Assembly: GCA_964572255.1 (NCBI GenBank) | Contig: CAZNEE010000002.1 | Coordinates: 36,103-100,102, forward strand | Reading direction: 5' to 3' | DNA length: 64,000 nucleotides | Origin: an uncultured Planctomycetia bacterium | GTDB taxonomy: Bacteria; Omnitrophota; Gorgyraeia; Tantalellales; Tantalellaceae | Shown here: one piece after another, positions 48,776 through 58,150 of the stretch | How the letters are laid out: the number at the start of each line of letters is the position of its first letter | Position numbering within the stretch: position 1 is the stretch's first letter | Program-made: the position numbers and the translations under genes | The notes under the pieces: generated by a model | The model's input: only the letters and a program-made list of their open reading frames with translations | Database searches by the model: none | Told to the model about the DNA's origin: nothing

Positions 48776-49962
48776 TTTCCCTCTAAGTTGGGATCGTCTA
48801 TCCAATCTATCAAATATGTCGTATATTCTTCACCTGTCGCGCCTGTATCTCGGCCTGTGAGGGTGAGTTTTTTCTCAAACTGTCCGCAAACCTCAAGCGC
48901 CATCTCTAAGCTTTTTCCTCTTTCCGGGAAACCTATGTGACGCAAGAGCATTGCGCTTGCGCGTATCATTGATGAAGGATCGGCATATATATCACGGCCT
49001 TCTTTTACCATGCGCGGTGCGCTGCCGTGAATAGCTTCGAACATCGCCCAGCGTTTGCCGACATTGGCGCTTCCGGCTGTACCAACCCCGCCTTGCATCT
49101 GTGCGGCTTCGTCAGTTAAAATATCCCCGTAAAGATTTGTAAGCACCATGACCTGGAAATCTTTCCTTCTTGCCGGATCTAAAAGCTTGGCTGTCATGAT
49201 GTCTATGTACCATTCATCCTGCTCGATCCCGAACTTCTTGTATTCTTCCGCCATCCTTTTCGCGACACGGGAAAACCTGCCGTCAGTTGTTTTGACAACG
49301 TTAGCCTTAGTAACAGCCGTAACTTTTTTATAACCGTTATTTTTTGCGTATTCGAACGCCATCCGGATAATACGCTCGGCGCCTTGCTCTGTAATAACCT
49401 TAAAATCTATACTCAAGTCATCGGTTACATCTATCCCTTTTGAGCCGAGAATATAAGCGCCTTCTGTATTCTCGCGGAAAAAGGTCCAATCGATGCCCTC
49501 CGAAGGGATCTTCACGGGCCTGACATTAGCAAAAAGGTCAAGCTCCCTTCGCATCGCAACGTTCGCGCTTTCAATATTAGGCCACTTGTCTCCCGCCTGG
49601 GGCGTAGTGGTAGGACCTTTCAATATGACGTGGCATTCTTTTATCTGGGCCAGGACATCATCGGGGATCGCTTTTTTATGTTTGACACGGTTTTCTATTG
49701 TCAAACCTTCTATCGTCCGGAATTCGATAAGACCCTTCTTGAACTCTTCTTTAAGGGAGTGCTTTAAAACACGTTCAGCGTGTTTGGAGATGATCTTACC
49801 TATCCCATCCCCCCAGCAAATACCTATAATTACGGGCTTGATCTTTTTGTAGTCCGTCCAGTCCTCGGCGGATTTCATTTTCTCGACGCGATCAAGCTGC
49901 TCCTGTATGAGCTGACTGAAATGTTCTTTTGCTTTCTCGATCGATCCGTTAGACTTTTTCAC
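48754..49962 (-). CDS. Isocitrate/isopropylmalate dehydrogenase family protein
   Basis: GDGIG, KGPTTTP, RENTEG, NLYGDILTD, FEAIHGSAP. Confidence 0.9.
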   Translation of the reverse strand: MKKSNGSIEKAKEHFSQLIQEQLDRVEKMKSAEDWTDYKKIKPVIIGICWGDGIGKIISKHAERVLKHSLKEEFKKGLIEFRTIEGLTIENRVKHKKAIPDDVLAQIKECHVILKGPTTTPQAGDKWPNIESANVAMRRELDLFANVRPVKIPSEGIDWTFFRENTEGAYILGSKGIDVTDDLSIDFKVITEQGAERIIRMAFEYAKNNGYKKVTAVTKANVVKTTDGRFSRVAKRMAEEYKKFGIEQDEWYIDIMTAKLLDPARRKDFQVMVLTNLYGDILTDEAAQMQGGVGTAGSANVGKRWAMFEAIHGSAPRMVKEGRDIYADPSSMIRASAMLLRHIGFPERGKSLEMALEVCGQFEKKLTLTGRDTGATGEEYTTYLIDWIDDPNLEGKWQSYQK

Positions 49963-49980
49963 GATATATACTTCTCCTCT

Positions 49981-50109
49981 TTACTTGCCCTTCAATTCCT
50001 TCACTTCTTTTTTGAGCTTTTTTACTTCATCCTGCAATTCTTTTATCTCTTTCCGCAGTTTTTCAACACTTTTTAATATTTCGTAATTTTCCCACCATGC
50101 AAGGGCCAT
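49981..50109 (-). CDS. 42-aa coiled-coil peptide (absent from the ORF track)
   Basis: AGGAGG RBS; MALAWWENYEILKSVEKLRKEIKELQDEVKKLKKEVKELKGK*; fills the gap within the operon. Confidence 0.7.
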   Translation of the reverse strand: MALAWWENYEILKSVEKLRKEIKELQDEVKKLKKEVKELKGK

Positions 50110-50123
50110 ATATCCTCCTTAAA

Positions 50124-51509
50124 CTATATATCAAATTTTTTCTTGACCATCTTTCTTGGAACATCGGTCGGGTAATAACCGCTGAAACACGCGTCACAGA
50201 ATTTATAGCTTTTCTTCCCCACGGCCTTTAACATCCCCTCTAAACTCAAATATTCCAGCGTATCCACACCGATAAACTTCGCGATTTGTTTTACCGAAAG
50301 TTCATTGGCGATAAGTTCTTTCTCGCTTGGGAAATCAATACCATAAAAACAAGGATGTTTTATGGGAGGGCAGCTTATCCTCATATGTATCTTCTTAACG
50401 CCTGTTTCCCTCAAAGCTTGTATTCTGCTGCTGGTGGTGGTTCCCCTGACGATGGAATCCTCAACAACCACAACGCTCTTTCCCTTTAAAACGTCTCTTA
50501 TGGGATTAAGTTTTATCTTTACGCCGTATTTTCTCATCTCCTGTGAAGGCTGTATGAAGGTCCTTCCCACATAATGGTTCCTTATCATGCCGTAGTCAAA
50601 CGGTATCCCGCTTTTTTCGGAATAACCTAAGGCGGCGTAATTGCCGGAGTCCGGTATGGACATGACTATGTCAGCTTTTACCGGATGTTCCTCGGCGAGC
50701 CTTCTTCCCAGCCGCTTACGCACCTCATAAACGCTATCCTCAAAAATATGACTATCAGGCCGCGCGAAGTATATAAATTCGAATATGCATTGCGCTCCCT
50801 TATTCTTCTTAAAAGGCTTTTTGCTTTGGAGTTCTTTGCCTGAAACTATGACCATCTCGCCGGGCTTTATTTCACGGATGAACTTAGCGCCTGTCAGATC
50901 CAATGAACAGGTCTCACTGGCAAGCACGTAAGAGCCATCCTTCATCCCTAAGCACAGAGGTCTAAACCCATGAGGGTCACGCACTCCTATAAGTCTTCCG
51001 TCCACAAGAAAGATCATTGAATATGCTCCCTCACACTTCCTTAAAGCGTCTACGAGTTTCTCTTCTATAGTCTTTTCCTTTGAACGCACCATTAAGTGGA
51101 GAACGATCTCAGAGTCCATTGTGGACTGAAAGATCGAGCCTTCCTTCTCAAGATGTTTTCTAAGTTTTGTGGAATTTGTTAGATTACCGTTATGCGCAAT
51201 AGAAGTTGAAAATTTATGGTGTTTGATCACGAAAGGCTGAGCATTTTTAAGCATACTTGAACCGGTAGTTGAATAGCGCACGTGGCCGATAGCAGTTTTA
51301 CCCTTTAGCCCTTTAAGCTTGCTCTTATCAAGAACATCCGAGACAAGACCCATTCCGGTATGCTGTTTTATTCTCTTTCCGTCTGATACGGCAATGCCGC
51401 AGGATTCTTCCCCTCTATGCTGCAACGAATAAAGTCCGAGGTACGCCATATCAACAGCATTCTTGTGATCGGCTATACCAAAAATCCCGCAATATTCTTT
51501 TTTGCTCAT
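50124..51509 (-). CDS. purF: Amidophosphoribosyltransferase (canonical)
   Basis: Short propeptide then CGIFG, LQHRG, GHVRYST, HNGN, EDSIVRGTT, CDAC. Confidence 0.95.
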   Translation of the reverse strand: MSKKEYCGIFGIADHKNAVDMAYLGLYSLQHRGEESCGIAVSDGKRIKQHTGMGLVSDVLDKSKLKGLKGKTAIGHVRYSTTGSSMLKNAQPFVIKHHKFSTSIAHNGNLTNSTKLRKHLEKEGSIFQSTMDSEIVLHLMVRSKEKTIEEKLVDALRKCEGAYSMIFLVDGRLIGVRDPHGFRPLCLGMKDGSYVLASETCSLDLTGAKFIREIKPGEMVIVSGKELQSKKPFKKNKGAQCIFEFIYFARPDSHIFEDSVYEVRKRLGRRLAEEHPVKADIVMSIPDSGNYAALGYSEKSGIPFDYGMIRNHYVGRTFIQPSQEMRKYGVKIKLNPIRDVLKGKSVVVVEDSIVRGTTTSSRIQALRETGVKKIHMRISCPPIKHPCFYGIDFPSEKELIANELSVKQIAKFIGVDTLEYLSLEGMLKAVGKKSYKFCDACFSGYYPTDVPRKMVKKKFDI

Positions 51510-51632
51510 GATGGATATAATTTTTAATATTATTACTTCTATATAGACTTGGATCGGAAAAAGATATTATATCCATAAGAGGGAACTATTTCAACTTATA
51601 TAATCAAAATATTATGATTTTTCGCCCCTGAA

Positions 51633-51677
51633 AAATAAAAAAGGACGGCTCTTTTGCAAACCGCCCTTTTTTATTTT
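51633..51677. terminator. Intrinsic terminator downstream of tpsB
   Basis: AAAATAAAAAAGGACGG...CCGCCCTTTTTTATTTT. Confidence 0.75.
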
Positions 51678-51691
51678 ATATGAATTGCACC

Positions 51692-53500
51692 TTACTTTAT
51701 CGCAGACTCTTCAGACCCCTGCATTTCCGGCCCGACATCCGCGGCAACAGTCCTCTTTTCCACTTCTTTAGATCTCCACATTTTTCTTATTCTTGCGATC
51801 TCTGTAGGCAACTGATCTTCGAAGTTTATAGATAGATGGAATCTTGACTCAGCTCTTTCGGTAATGGGCTTGTTCCCGAGAACAAATCCCCATTCGCATC
51901 TTACCACAGCCTGATTGAATAGTTTGACTCTTATGCCCGGGCCTACACTTGCGAAAGTAGCTTCTCTTTTCTCAGTGCTTGTGTTCAATACTCCACGCCT
52001 TCTACCATGAGCCCAATCAAAGAAAACTACGCCTGTGATCTCTTCTTTGAGCGGCCTTTCGCCGTAAGGAAGTATGAAATTGTCGGGAATAAAAAAGGCC
52101 GGGATAAGAAGCTCTGCACTTGCGAGAATCGCGTTATCAGCCATGAAATCGCCGTAAGGATAACCTCTTACAGAATCTATACCGCCCATCGGAAATTCTT
52201 CCAATGTCGACAGTTTTTCTGAAGCTATCTGGCTTTTAAATTTAAACACACCATCAACCCCCCACATAAGAGGTCTTCTGTGGGTTATCCCGGAGTTAAA
52301 TTTAGTGAAGTTGTTGTCTGCCTGTCTTGTAGTGGGAACGCCACCGGGATCATTACTGCGAGCTCCCAGTCCGTTAATGCCTTGGGATATCTCCGGATAC
52401 AAATAAGTGATACCGCCAAAGCCTTTATGGATAAGGTTCGCTCCGAGCCTCAATATTCTTAAGCGGTCACGGCTTGTTGTCCCTATAGACTGTGTTGTCG
52501 TTTTATCCTTAGCGTCTAGACCAAAATATATTTCTCCAAGGTAGTCAGCTTTATTGAAAATATCCTGATAGAGAAAAACGCTGGTATTACGAACAGATGA
52601 GTTTATCCCGAAAGGTTCGTAATTCATCTTAGGAGACGACTTGGTGTAACTGTGACCGTACATCAGTGACGTCCCGAAATTCGTAAAAGGTATCCTGTGA
52701 AAGCCATATACAGACTGGAAATGCCTTCCGAATGTATACCCGGCTATTGCCGTATCGTCTACGAACAAAAAATTGTTATCACGTATCCCAAACCCGAGTC
52801 TTTCTGTTCCAGTCTGAACCGCGCCTTCCCTATCAAAAGTAGCCAGCATATGTATCGGGAATTTTGTGTCCGCCTTTAAGATTACATCGGTGGTTTCGGG
52901 CTCTGCGCCTGCGTGAAGGACAGCCTTGACCTCTCGGTCGGGATTTTTGCTCATCAGCTGAAGGTTGCGTGAAAGCTTGTCATAACTGAGAACTTCGCCT
53001 TTACGGATGTTCCAATAATTAGTAAGTCTTTCTTTATCAAACCAGTTATGATCTTCAACTTCAAGTGCTCCCATTTTGGCTTCGACCACGCGCAGCATAA
53101 CAACGCCGTCTTTTACGTCCTGTGGAGGAACGAAACATGCGGCGATAATACCTCTTTTTAAGTATTCCCTTTCGATCTGTCTTGCCAGTATGTTCAGCTC
53201 CCCAAAAGTAACTTCTCTATTCTCGTACTGCTCTAAGATCGAACGGAATTCATCCGGCGAAAAACTTTCCACGCCGACCAGTTCTATTTTTTTGATGAAA
53301 AATTTCGGGCCTTCCGGTACTTCCGGCTTTTCCTCTTCCTCGATCTCAGGCGCCTTTGGCACGACCCTCATTTCCTTCTCGACCCTTTCACGTATCGCAC
53401 GGTCGGCTTCCCTTACTGCCTGGTCCGGAGCCGGCTGAGAATACGCGAAAGAAGCGGGAAGCATCAAAACGAAAACAACTAATAAACTTGCCAGCTTCAT
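51692..53500 (-). CDS. Two-partner secretion transporter TpsB (ShlB/FhaC/HecB family)
   Basis: Signal peptide; POTRA (Y..RG....C..PPQ....G.V...VVE); GG..SVRGY loop-6 motif. Confidence 0.92.
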   Translation of the reverse strand: MKLASLLVVFVLMLPASFAYSQPAPDQAVREADRAIRERVEKEMRVVPKAPEIEEEEKPEVPEGPKFFIKKIELVGVESFSPDEFRSILEQYENREVTFGELNILARQIEREYLKRGIIAACFVPPQDVKDGVVMLRVVEAKMGALEVEDHNWFDKERLTNYWNIRKGEVLSYDKLSRNLQLMSKNPDREVKAVLHAGAEPETTDVILKADTKFPIHMLATFDREGAVQTGTERLGFGIRDNNFLFVDDTAIAGYTFGRHFQSVYGFHRIPFTNFGTSLMYGHSYTKSSPKMNYEPFGINSSVRNTSVFLYQDIFNKADYLGEIYFGLDAKDKTTTQSIGTTSRDRLRILRLGANLIHKGFGGITYLYPEISQGINGLGARSNDPGGVPTTRQADNNFTKFNSGITHRRPLMWGVDGVFKFKSQIASEKLSTLEEFPMGGIDSVRGYPYGDFMADNAILASAELLIPAFFIPDNFILPYGERPLKEEITGVVFFDWAHGRRRGVLNTSTEKREATFASVGPGIRVKLFNQAVVRCEWGFVLGNKPITERAESRFHLSINFEDQLPTEIARIRKMWRSKEVEKRTVAADVGPEMQGSEESAIK

Positions 53501-53652
53501 AGTTTTTCTCCTTGTTATCATTATCGGATTAAAATAATATTATAATTACAACAATTTTACTATATAAAATCAGAATGTCAAACTTAAGTTTAATATTTTT
53601 AATAAGATATTAAAAAATATGCATTCCCCCATATACTGCGGATAAACAAGCA

Positions 53653-55251
53653 TTACTTTGGATATGAATAAAAACGAACGGGAGAGTTGTATGGTCCGAT
53701 TATTAAAAGCCATGCTTTTCGGCCTTTGAAATATTTCAACAATTTCCGGTTGTTTTCCTGATCCATCTCGCGGGCCCATACAATACTGGATCTGTCTATA
53801 TCGGCCTCATTATAAACCCATTCATCGCGGGGATCGTGGCCCTCCACATAACGAACGATGACCAGATGATCTCCTCCCTCTTTTTTCAATCCTTTTACAA
53901 GCTCTGTTATCTGTATATTTTGATAATGTTTCCTGAGATACTTCTGCGAAGGGAGATCGGTGAATTTCCTGACAAATAATCCGATGCATATTATCAGGAT
54001 CAAACTTACAATATATTTCCCAATATAATTCCGGCTTATTCGCACACGGGATATTACACGTAATCCCTGCATAATAAGCAAAAATACAAGACAAACTATG
54101 GGCGCCGTATAGTATGTATTAAAAAATGTTGAAAAGATAGTAGCCACTAAATAAATTAAAATCGTAAAGCACGCAAAACGCAGCCATCGATCACGGAATA
54201 TCCAAAACAATGCACATATAATAGGAATTCCTAAAATAACGCTGCCGAAAAATGTCCACATCGTTTTGAGTTTCCATATAGTCGTGCCCGTAAAGCCTTC
54301 CGGTGATAAATATCTTTCATATCGTTTCATCCTTAAATATCTTTGAAAATCAGAAATGACCTTATGGTTGTAAGTCCGGTTCAGTCTTGGTTCCTGCCAT
54401 ATAAAATGAGGTGCAATGTCATAAGTTTCTTGATGTACCTGATAAGATGTGAGGAATGCATTCCCAGTAACTCGATAATTATAATAACCCATAGCAGCAA
54501 ATATAATAATGATCACCGTTGCAATGGGCGTTATCGCAGTATTAAAAATTTCTTTGAATTTACCTTTTGTGGCTCTTTGTATTATAAATACAATTAACAC
54601 CACAAGAGCTGGTGCACAAACTACAAAGCCCTCCCATGGCCTGCTATTCGCCATAACAGCCAAACCTAATGCAAGAACAAGTGAGATCTTAAAATCAGGC
54701 TTTCTGATCAAGCGCCGCCATGCACCAAAAAATAAAGCGCCGCCAAAAGCAGCAACAGCGCCACCCATATAACTTTGACCCCAGTAACTTGCTATTCCAA
54801 GATATAGATGAAATATTGAGATCAATCCCCCTATTAACGCCCACCTGGCAGGAATCCATGCCTGCAGCATCCAGGTTATTGCCGCGCACATGAGCGCCAT
54901 ACTTAACCAAACGCCAACAATAGGATATCCCGTAAGAACCTGCCCCAAAGCAAGAAAAAGGCCCTGCCCCGGAGGGAACTTGGAAGCATAGGTCGGCTGC
55001 TGATTAATATGAAAACTTTCAAAATGGACCCACATAGGGTGAGTCGGATTAGTCAAGCGCCCTTGACTAAATGTATCGGCAGCCAATAGATAGCTGTGCT
55101 CATCAGTAAAATATGGTTCCGGAACTCCTTTAGTAAGAGTGATGATCGCGCTTCCGGCAAATGCGAGAACAAAAACGAGAATAACCGAAGCCGTCCTGCG
55201 CCTGGCAAAACGTCCGAATTGACGCCAAATCATATGAGGAAAATTAATCAT
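53653..55251 (-). CDS. Polytopic membrane glycosyltransferase (GT-C/ArnT-PMT-like)
   Basis: DE motif in the first external loop (FTDEHSY), SKFPPG, many TM helices, soluble C-terminal domain. Confidence 0.65.
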   Translation of the reverse strand: MINFPHMIWRQFGRFARRRTASVILVFVLAFAGSAIITLTKGVPEPYFTDEHSYLLAADTFSQGRLTNPTHPMWVHFESFHINQQPTYASKFPPGQGLFLALGQVLTGYPIVGVWLSMALMCAAITWMLQAWIPARWALIGGLISIFHLYLGIASYWGQSYMGGAVAAFGGALFFGAWRRLIRKPDFKISLVLALGLAVMANSRPWEGFVVCAPALVVLIVFIIQRATKGKFKEIFNTAITPIATVIIIIFAAMGYYNYRVTGNAFLTSYQVHQETYDIAPHFIWQEPRLNRTYNHKVISDFQRYLRMKRYERYLSPEGFTGTTIWKLKTMWTFFGSVILGIPIICALFWIFRDRWLRFACFTILIYLVATIFSTFFNTYYTAPIVCLVFLLIMQGLRVISRVRISRNYIGKYIVSLILIICIGLFVRKFTDLPSQKYLRKHYQNIQITELVKGLKKEGGDHLVIVRYVEGHDPRDEWVYNEADIDRSSIVWAREMDQENNRKLLKYFKGRKAWLLIIGPYNSPVRFYSYPK

Positions 55252-56146
55252 AGCCTCTTTTAAAGTTTTTCGGTAACACCTCGCTCACAGGACGTGCCTT
55301 AAACCCCAGATCCTTCTGAGCCTCAGACGGATCAAGATCAGCATCCTGAATTATGCCGGCTATCATCTGCGGCCTGAGCGGAGGGTGCTTCATGGAAATT
55401 TTCATAAAAAAAGCAATAAAATAACATAACCAGGCCGGCAGGCGGATTATCGGTTTATTTGACATGCCCATCAACTTCAGGCAAAGGCGCGTGAAATCAA
55501 GTATCGATATGACTTCACTTCCGCTAAAGTTATAAATTTTCCCGTATGCGTTTTTATTCCCGTACACCGCCAAAAGCCCTTCAGCTATGTCGTCTACATG
55601 AACTGGTCTTTTTTTAGCTTCACCCTTACCGATAAACGGAACTATGGGGAACTTTTTCAAATAATCCAGATAATTGTTGAACTCTTCCCCTCCAGTATCG
55701 CTGTAAACCAGTGTGGGCCTTATAACAGTATAGTTAAGACCGGACGCTCTTACGATCTCTTCGGCTTTCCATTTTGACAGGTTGTATGCCGCTTTCTTCG
55801 GATAAACAACGGAAGCGGATGAGATATACACGAAATGTTCAACGCCCGCATCTTTAGCCTCCTCAACAATATTCCTTGTCCCGTTAACATTCACTCTTTC
55901 GAACACGCCTTCATCCAAACTTAAAATAACAGCGGCTAAATGGTAAACAGTGGAAACTCCTTTACATATTCCTTTAATGTTCTCTTTATTTGATATGTCG
56001 CCGTACCGTACATCCACCCGCGCGTCTCTTTCAAGCGGCGTTCTGTCGGAAGGTAGGGCAAGAACACGGATCCTGTGCCCTTCTTTAAGCCACTCGTCAA
56101 CGAGTCTCGTCCCTATTACCCCGGTCCCGCCGGTTATAAGGATCAT
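55244..56146 (-). CDS. NAD-dependent epimerase/dehydratase (extended SDR)
   Basis: TGGTGVIG, HLAA, YNLSK (YxxxK). Confidence 0.85.
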   Translation of the reverse strand: MILITGGTGVIGTRLVDEWLKEGHRIRVLALPSDRTPLERDARVDVRYGDISNKENIKGICKGVSTVYHLAAVILSLDEGVFERVNVNGTRNIVEEAKDAGVEHFVYISSASVVYPKKAAYNLSKWKAEEIVRASGLNYTVIRPTLVYSDTGGEEFNNYLDYLKKFPIVPFIGKGEAKKRPVHVDDIAEGLLAVYGNKNAYGKIYNFSGSEVISILDFTRLCLKLMGMSNKPIIRLPAWLCYFIAFFMKISMKHPPLRPQMIAGIIQDADLDPSEAQKDLGFKARPVSEVLPKNFKRGYD

Positions 56147-56904
56147 TCGGAGCCTCCCTCATGCTCTTTACACAATCTCCGATAATGCCCTGAAAGATAT
56201 TTGAACATCACCCCTAATATCCTGAAACCATAAGTTATGGGATTAAGGTATGATACTTCATCGGCATAGCGCGTTGGTATCGGATGCTCTCCTATTCCCA
56301 GGCCAAGCGTTCTGGCGCATGCTATGACCTCGACATCGAAATCAAAACTTTCACTTAATCTATCAAATGGTATATTGTCAAGCGCTCTTCGGCTGTAAAA
56401 AATAAAACCGCTGTGATAATCTGTCAGCTTAAGCCGAAAAACAATGTTTTCGAAAAAGGTAAGGGCCCGGTTTGCAATAAACTTATATAACGGCATCTTG
56501 CCCGAAAGAGCCGTGCCTGAAGAGATGCGGGAACCCTGAAGAATATCGTACCCCTTTTTTTTCATTGTCTCAACGCAGGCAGGAATATATTCCGGAGGAT
56601 ACTGGCCGTCCGAATGAAGGCAAACAGCCGCGTCAGAACCGTCATCTCTAGATAGTTCAAGTCCCTTTTTGACGGCAACACCATATCCCCGGTTTTTATC
56701 AAAATGAACAGCCTTTATGGTGTCTATTCTCCGCGCAAGTCCATCAATTACCTTACGTGTATCGTCTTCGGAACCATCGTTTATGATCCATATCGACGCT
56801 ATATTTCCCCTTATATCTTCAGGAATACGGTTTATTACGTTTTCGATATGACGGGCAGCATTGTATGCGGGCATGAAAATGGATATTTTATTTTCAAGGG
56901 GCAT
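56143..56904 (-). CDS. GT2 glycosyltransferase, polyprenol-phosphate glycosyltransferase (DPM1/ArnC-like)
   Basis: MPAYN, NDGSED, NRGYG, HSDGQY, GSR, TDYHSGF, FDFDVE. Confidence 0.85.
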   Translation of the reverse strand: MPLENKISIFMPAYNAARHIENVINRIPEDIRGNIASIWIINDGSEDDTRKVIDGLARRIDTIKAVHFDKNRGYGVAVKKGLELSRDDGSDAAVCLHSDGQYPPEYIPACVETMKKKGYDILQGSRISSGTALSGKMPLYKFIANRALTFFENIVFRLKLTDYHSGFIFYSRRALDNIPFDRLSESFDFDVEVIACARTLGLGIGEHPIPTRYADEVSYLNPITYGFRILGVMFKYLSGHYRRLCKEHEGGSE

Positions 56905-57991
56905 TTTCTTGTACGCCTTTTAGTTTATACTTCTCGACATAATAGGTTATGGTCTCGCGAAGGGTCTGTTCAAGATCGTATCTCGGTTCCCACCCGAGAA
57001 GATTGCGGACTTTCGAGAAATCCCCCACCCTTCTGTCGCTGTCCTGGTAACCTTCACCGTAAAACTCTTTTGATGAGACGTTCTCCGTGCGAAAAGAAGA
57101 GTCTTTCCCTTGAGGATAAACTTCCTTGTATATAGTTATCATCTGCTGGGCAAGATTTTTTATTGTGGTTTCATTGTGGGGGTTCCCTACATTAAAGATT
57201 TGCCCTTTCGCTTTTTCAGGTTTTTTTATCATCAGCTCAATAGCATCAACAGCATCTTCGATATAGGTAATGGTTCTCTTACTTTCTCCGCCGTCGACAA
57301 GCTGAAGAGGCCTGTCCAAAAGAAGGTCACCTATAAAACATGCCATAACCCTCGGCGTACCTTCACCTTCTATCCCGGGGATATAGTCCATTTCGGGCCC
57401 TATGAAATTAAAAGGGCGAATGATCGTATAATCAAGTTCTTTCTCAAAATTATACGCATAAATAATGCGTTCTAAAAGTTCCTTAGCGCATGCATAGATC
57501 CACCTCTGGATGCGAACCGGTCCGAGAACAAGGGGCGTAGTCTCTTCTTTAAGCAGGAAATAATCAAGATCTCCCTTTTCATCCTTATCCTTCAGGAAAC
57601 GTGAAAGAGTCATTCCGTAAACCTCGCAAGTAGAAAAATGCACCAGCCACTTCTTGTACTTGTGGCACATCTTCACAAGCTCCAGGGAATGCAAGAAATT
57701 GATCTCAACAACTTCTAATGGAATTTTATTGTAAAGAGCTGGATTACATAAAGCCGCAAGCGAGATCACACAATCACTTTTTTCAACATACTGGCGGAGC
57801 TTTTCACTGTCCTTGATATCGACATTATGATAAGAAAACCTTTCATGTCCCAGGAACTGCTTGATCTTCCTGTCATCTATATCTATGCCGCATATCTTAT
57901 AATTTCCGTCAACAAGAAAACGTTTCACAAGATGCGAGCCGATAAATCCTCCGCAGCCTACCATGCAGATTGTTTCCACTTTTTTACTCAT
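56894..57991 (-). CDS. UDP-D-apiose/UDP-D-xylose synthase (bacterial UAS/AXS)
   Basis: TICMVGCGGFIGSHL, LAALCNP, HFSTCEVYG, QRWIYACAK, PRVMACF, LVDGGES, SSKEFYGEGY.DSDRR; closely parallels plant AXS motifs as I recall them. Confidence 0.85.
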   Translation of the reverse strand: MSKKVETICMVGCGGFIGSHLVKRFLVDGNYKICGIDIDDRKIKQFLGHERFSYHNVDIKDSEKLRQYVEKSDCVISLAALCNPALYNKIPLEVVEINFLHSLELVKMCHKYKKWLVHFSTCEVYGMTLSRFLKDKDEKGDLDYFLLKEETTPLVLGPVRIQRWIYACAKELLERIIYAYNFEKELDYTIIRPFNFIGPEMDYIPGIEGEGTPRVMACFIGDLLLDRPLQLVDGGESKRTITYIEDAVDAIELMIKKPEKAKGQIFNVGNPHNETTIKNLAQQMITIYKEVYPQGKDSSFRTENVSSKEFYGEGYQDSDRRVGDFSKVRNLLGWEPRYDLEQTLRETITYYVEKYKLKGVQENAP

Positions 57992-58102
57992 AATCTTAGC
58001 CTTTTATTGTGTAAAAATATTTGTAATGTATTAGTATTATACACAAATTTACCATCTTTTTAGAGTATTATCAAATTTTGAGATGTTTTTTTTGCAAGAT
58101 AC

Positions 58103-58140
58103 GGGAGCCAGGCCTATCTAAATGGCCTGGCTCCGTTTTT
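58103..58140. terminator. Stable hairpin downstream of tpsA
   Basis: GGAGCCAGGCC...GGCCTGGCTCC; T-run only on the plus strand. Confidence 0.6.
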
Positions 58141-58150
58141 GTATATTAGG

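Noticed and set aside
56894-57991. Calling this ArnA (polymyxin resistance)
   Set aside because: No formyltransferase domain, no arnB or arnD nearby, and it has the AXS-type cysteines (LAALC, STCE)
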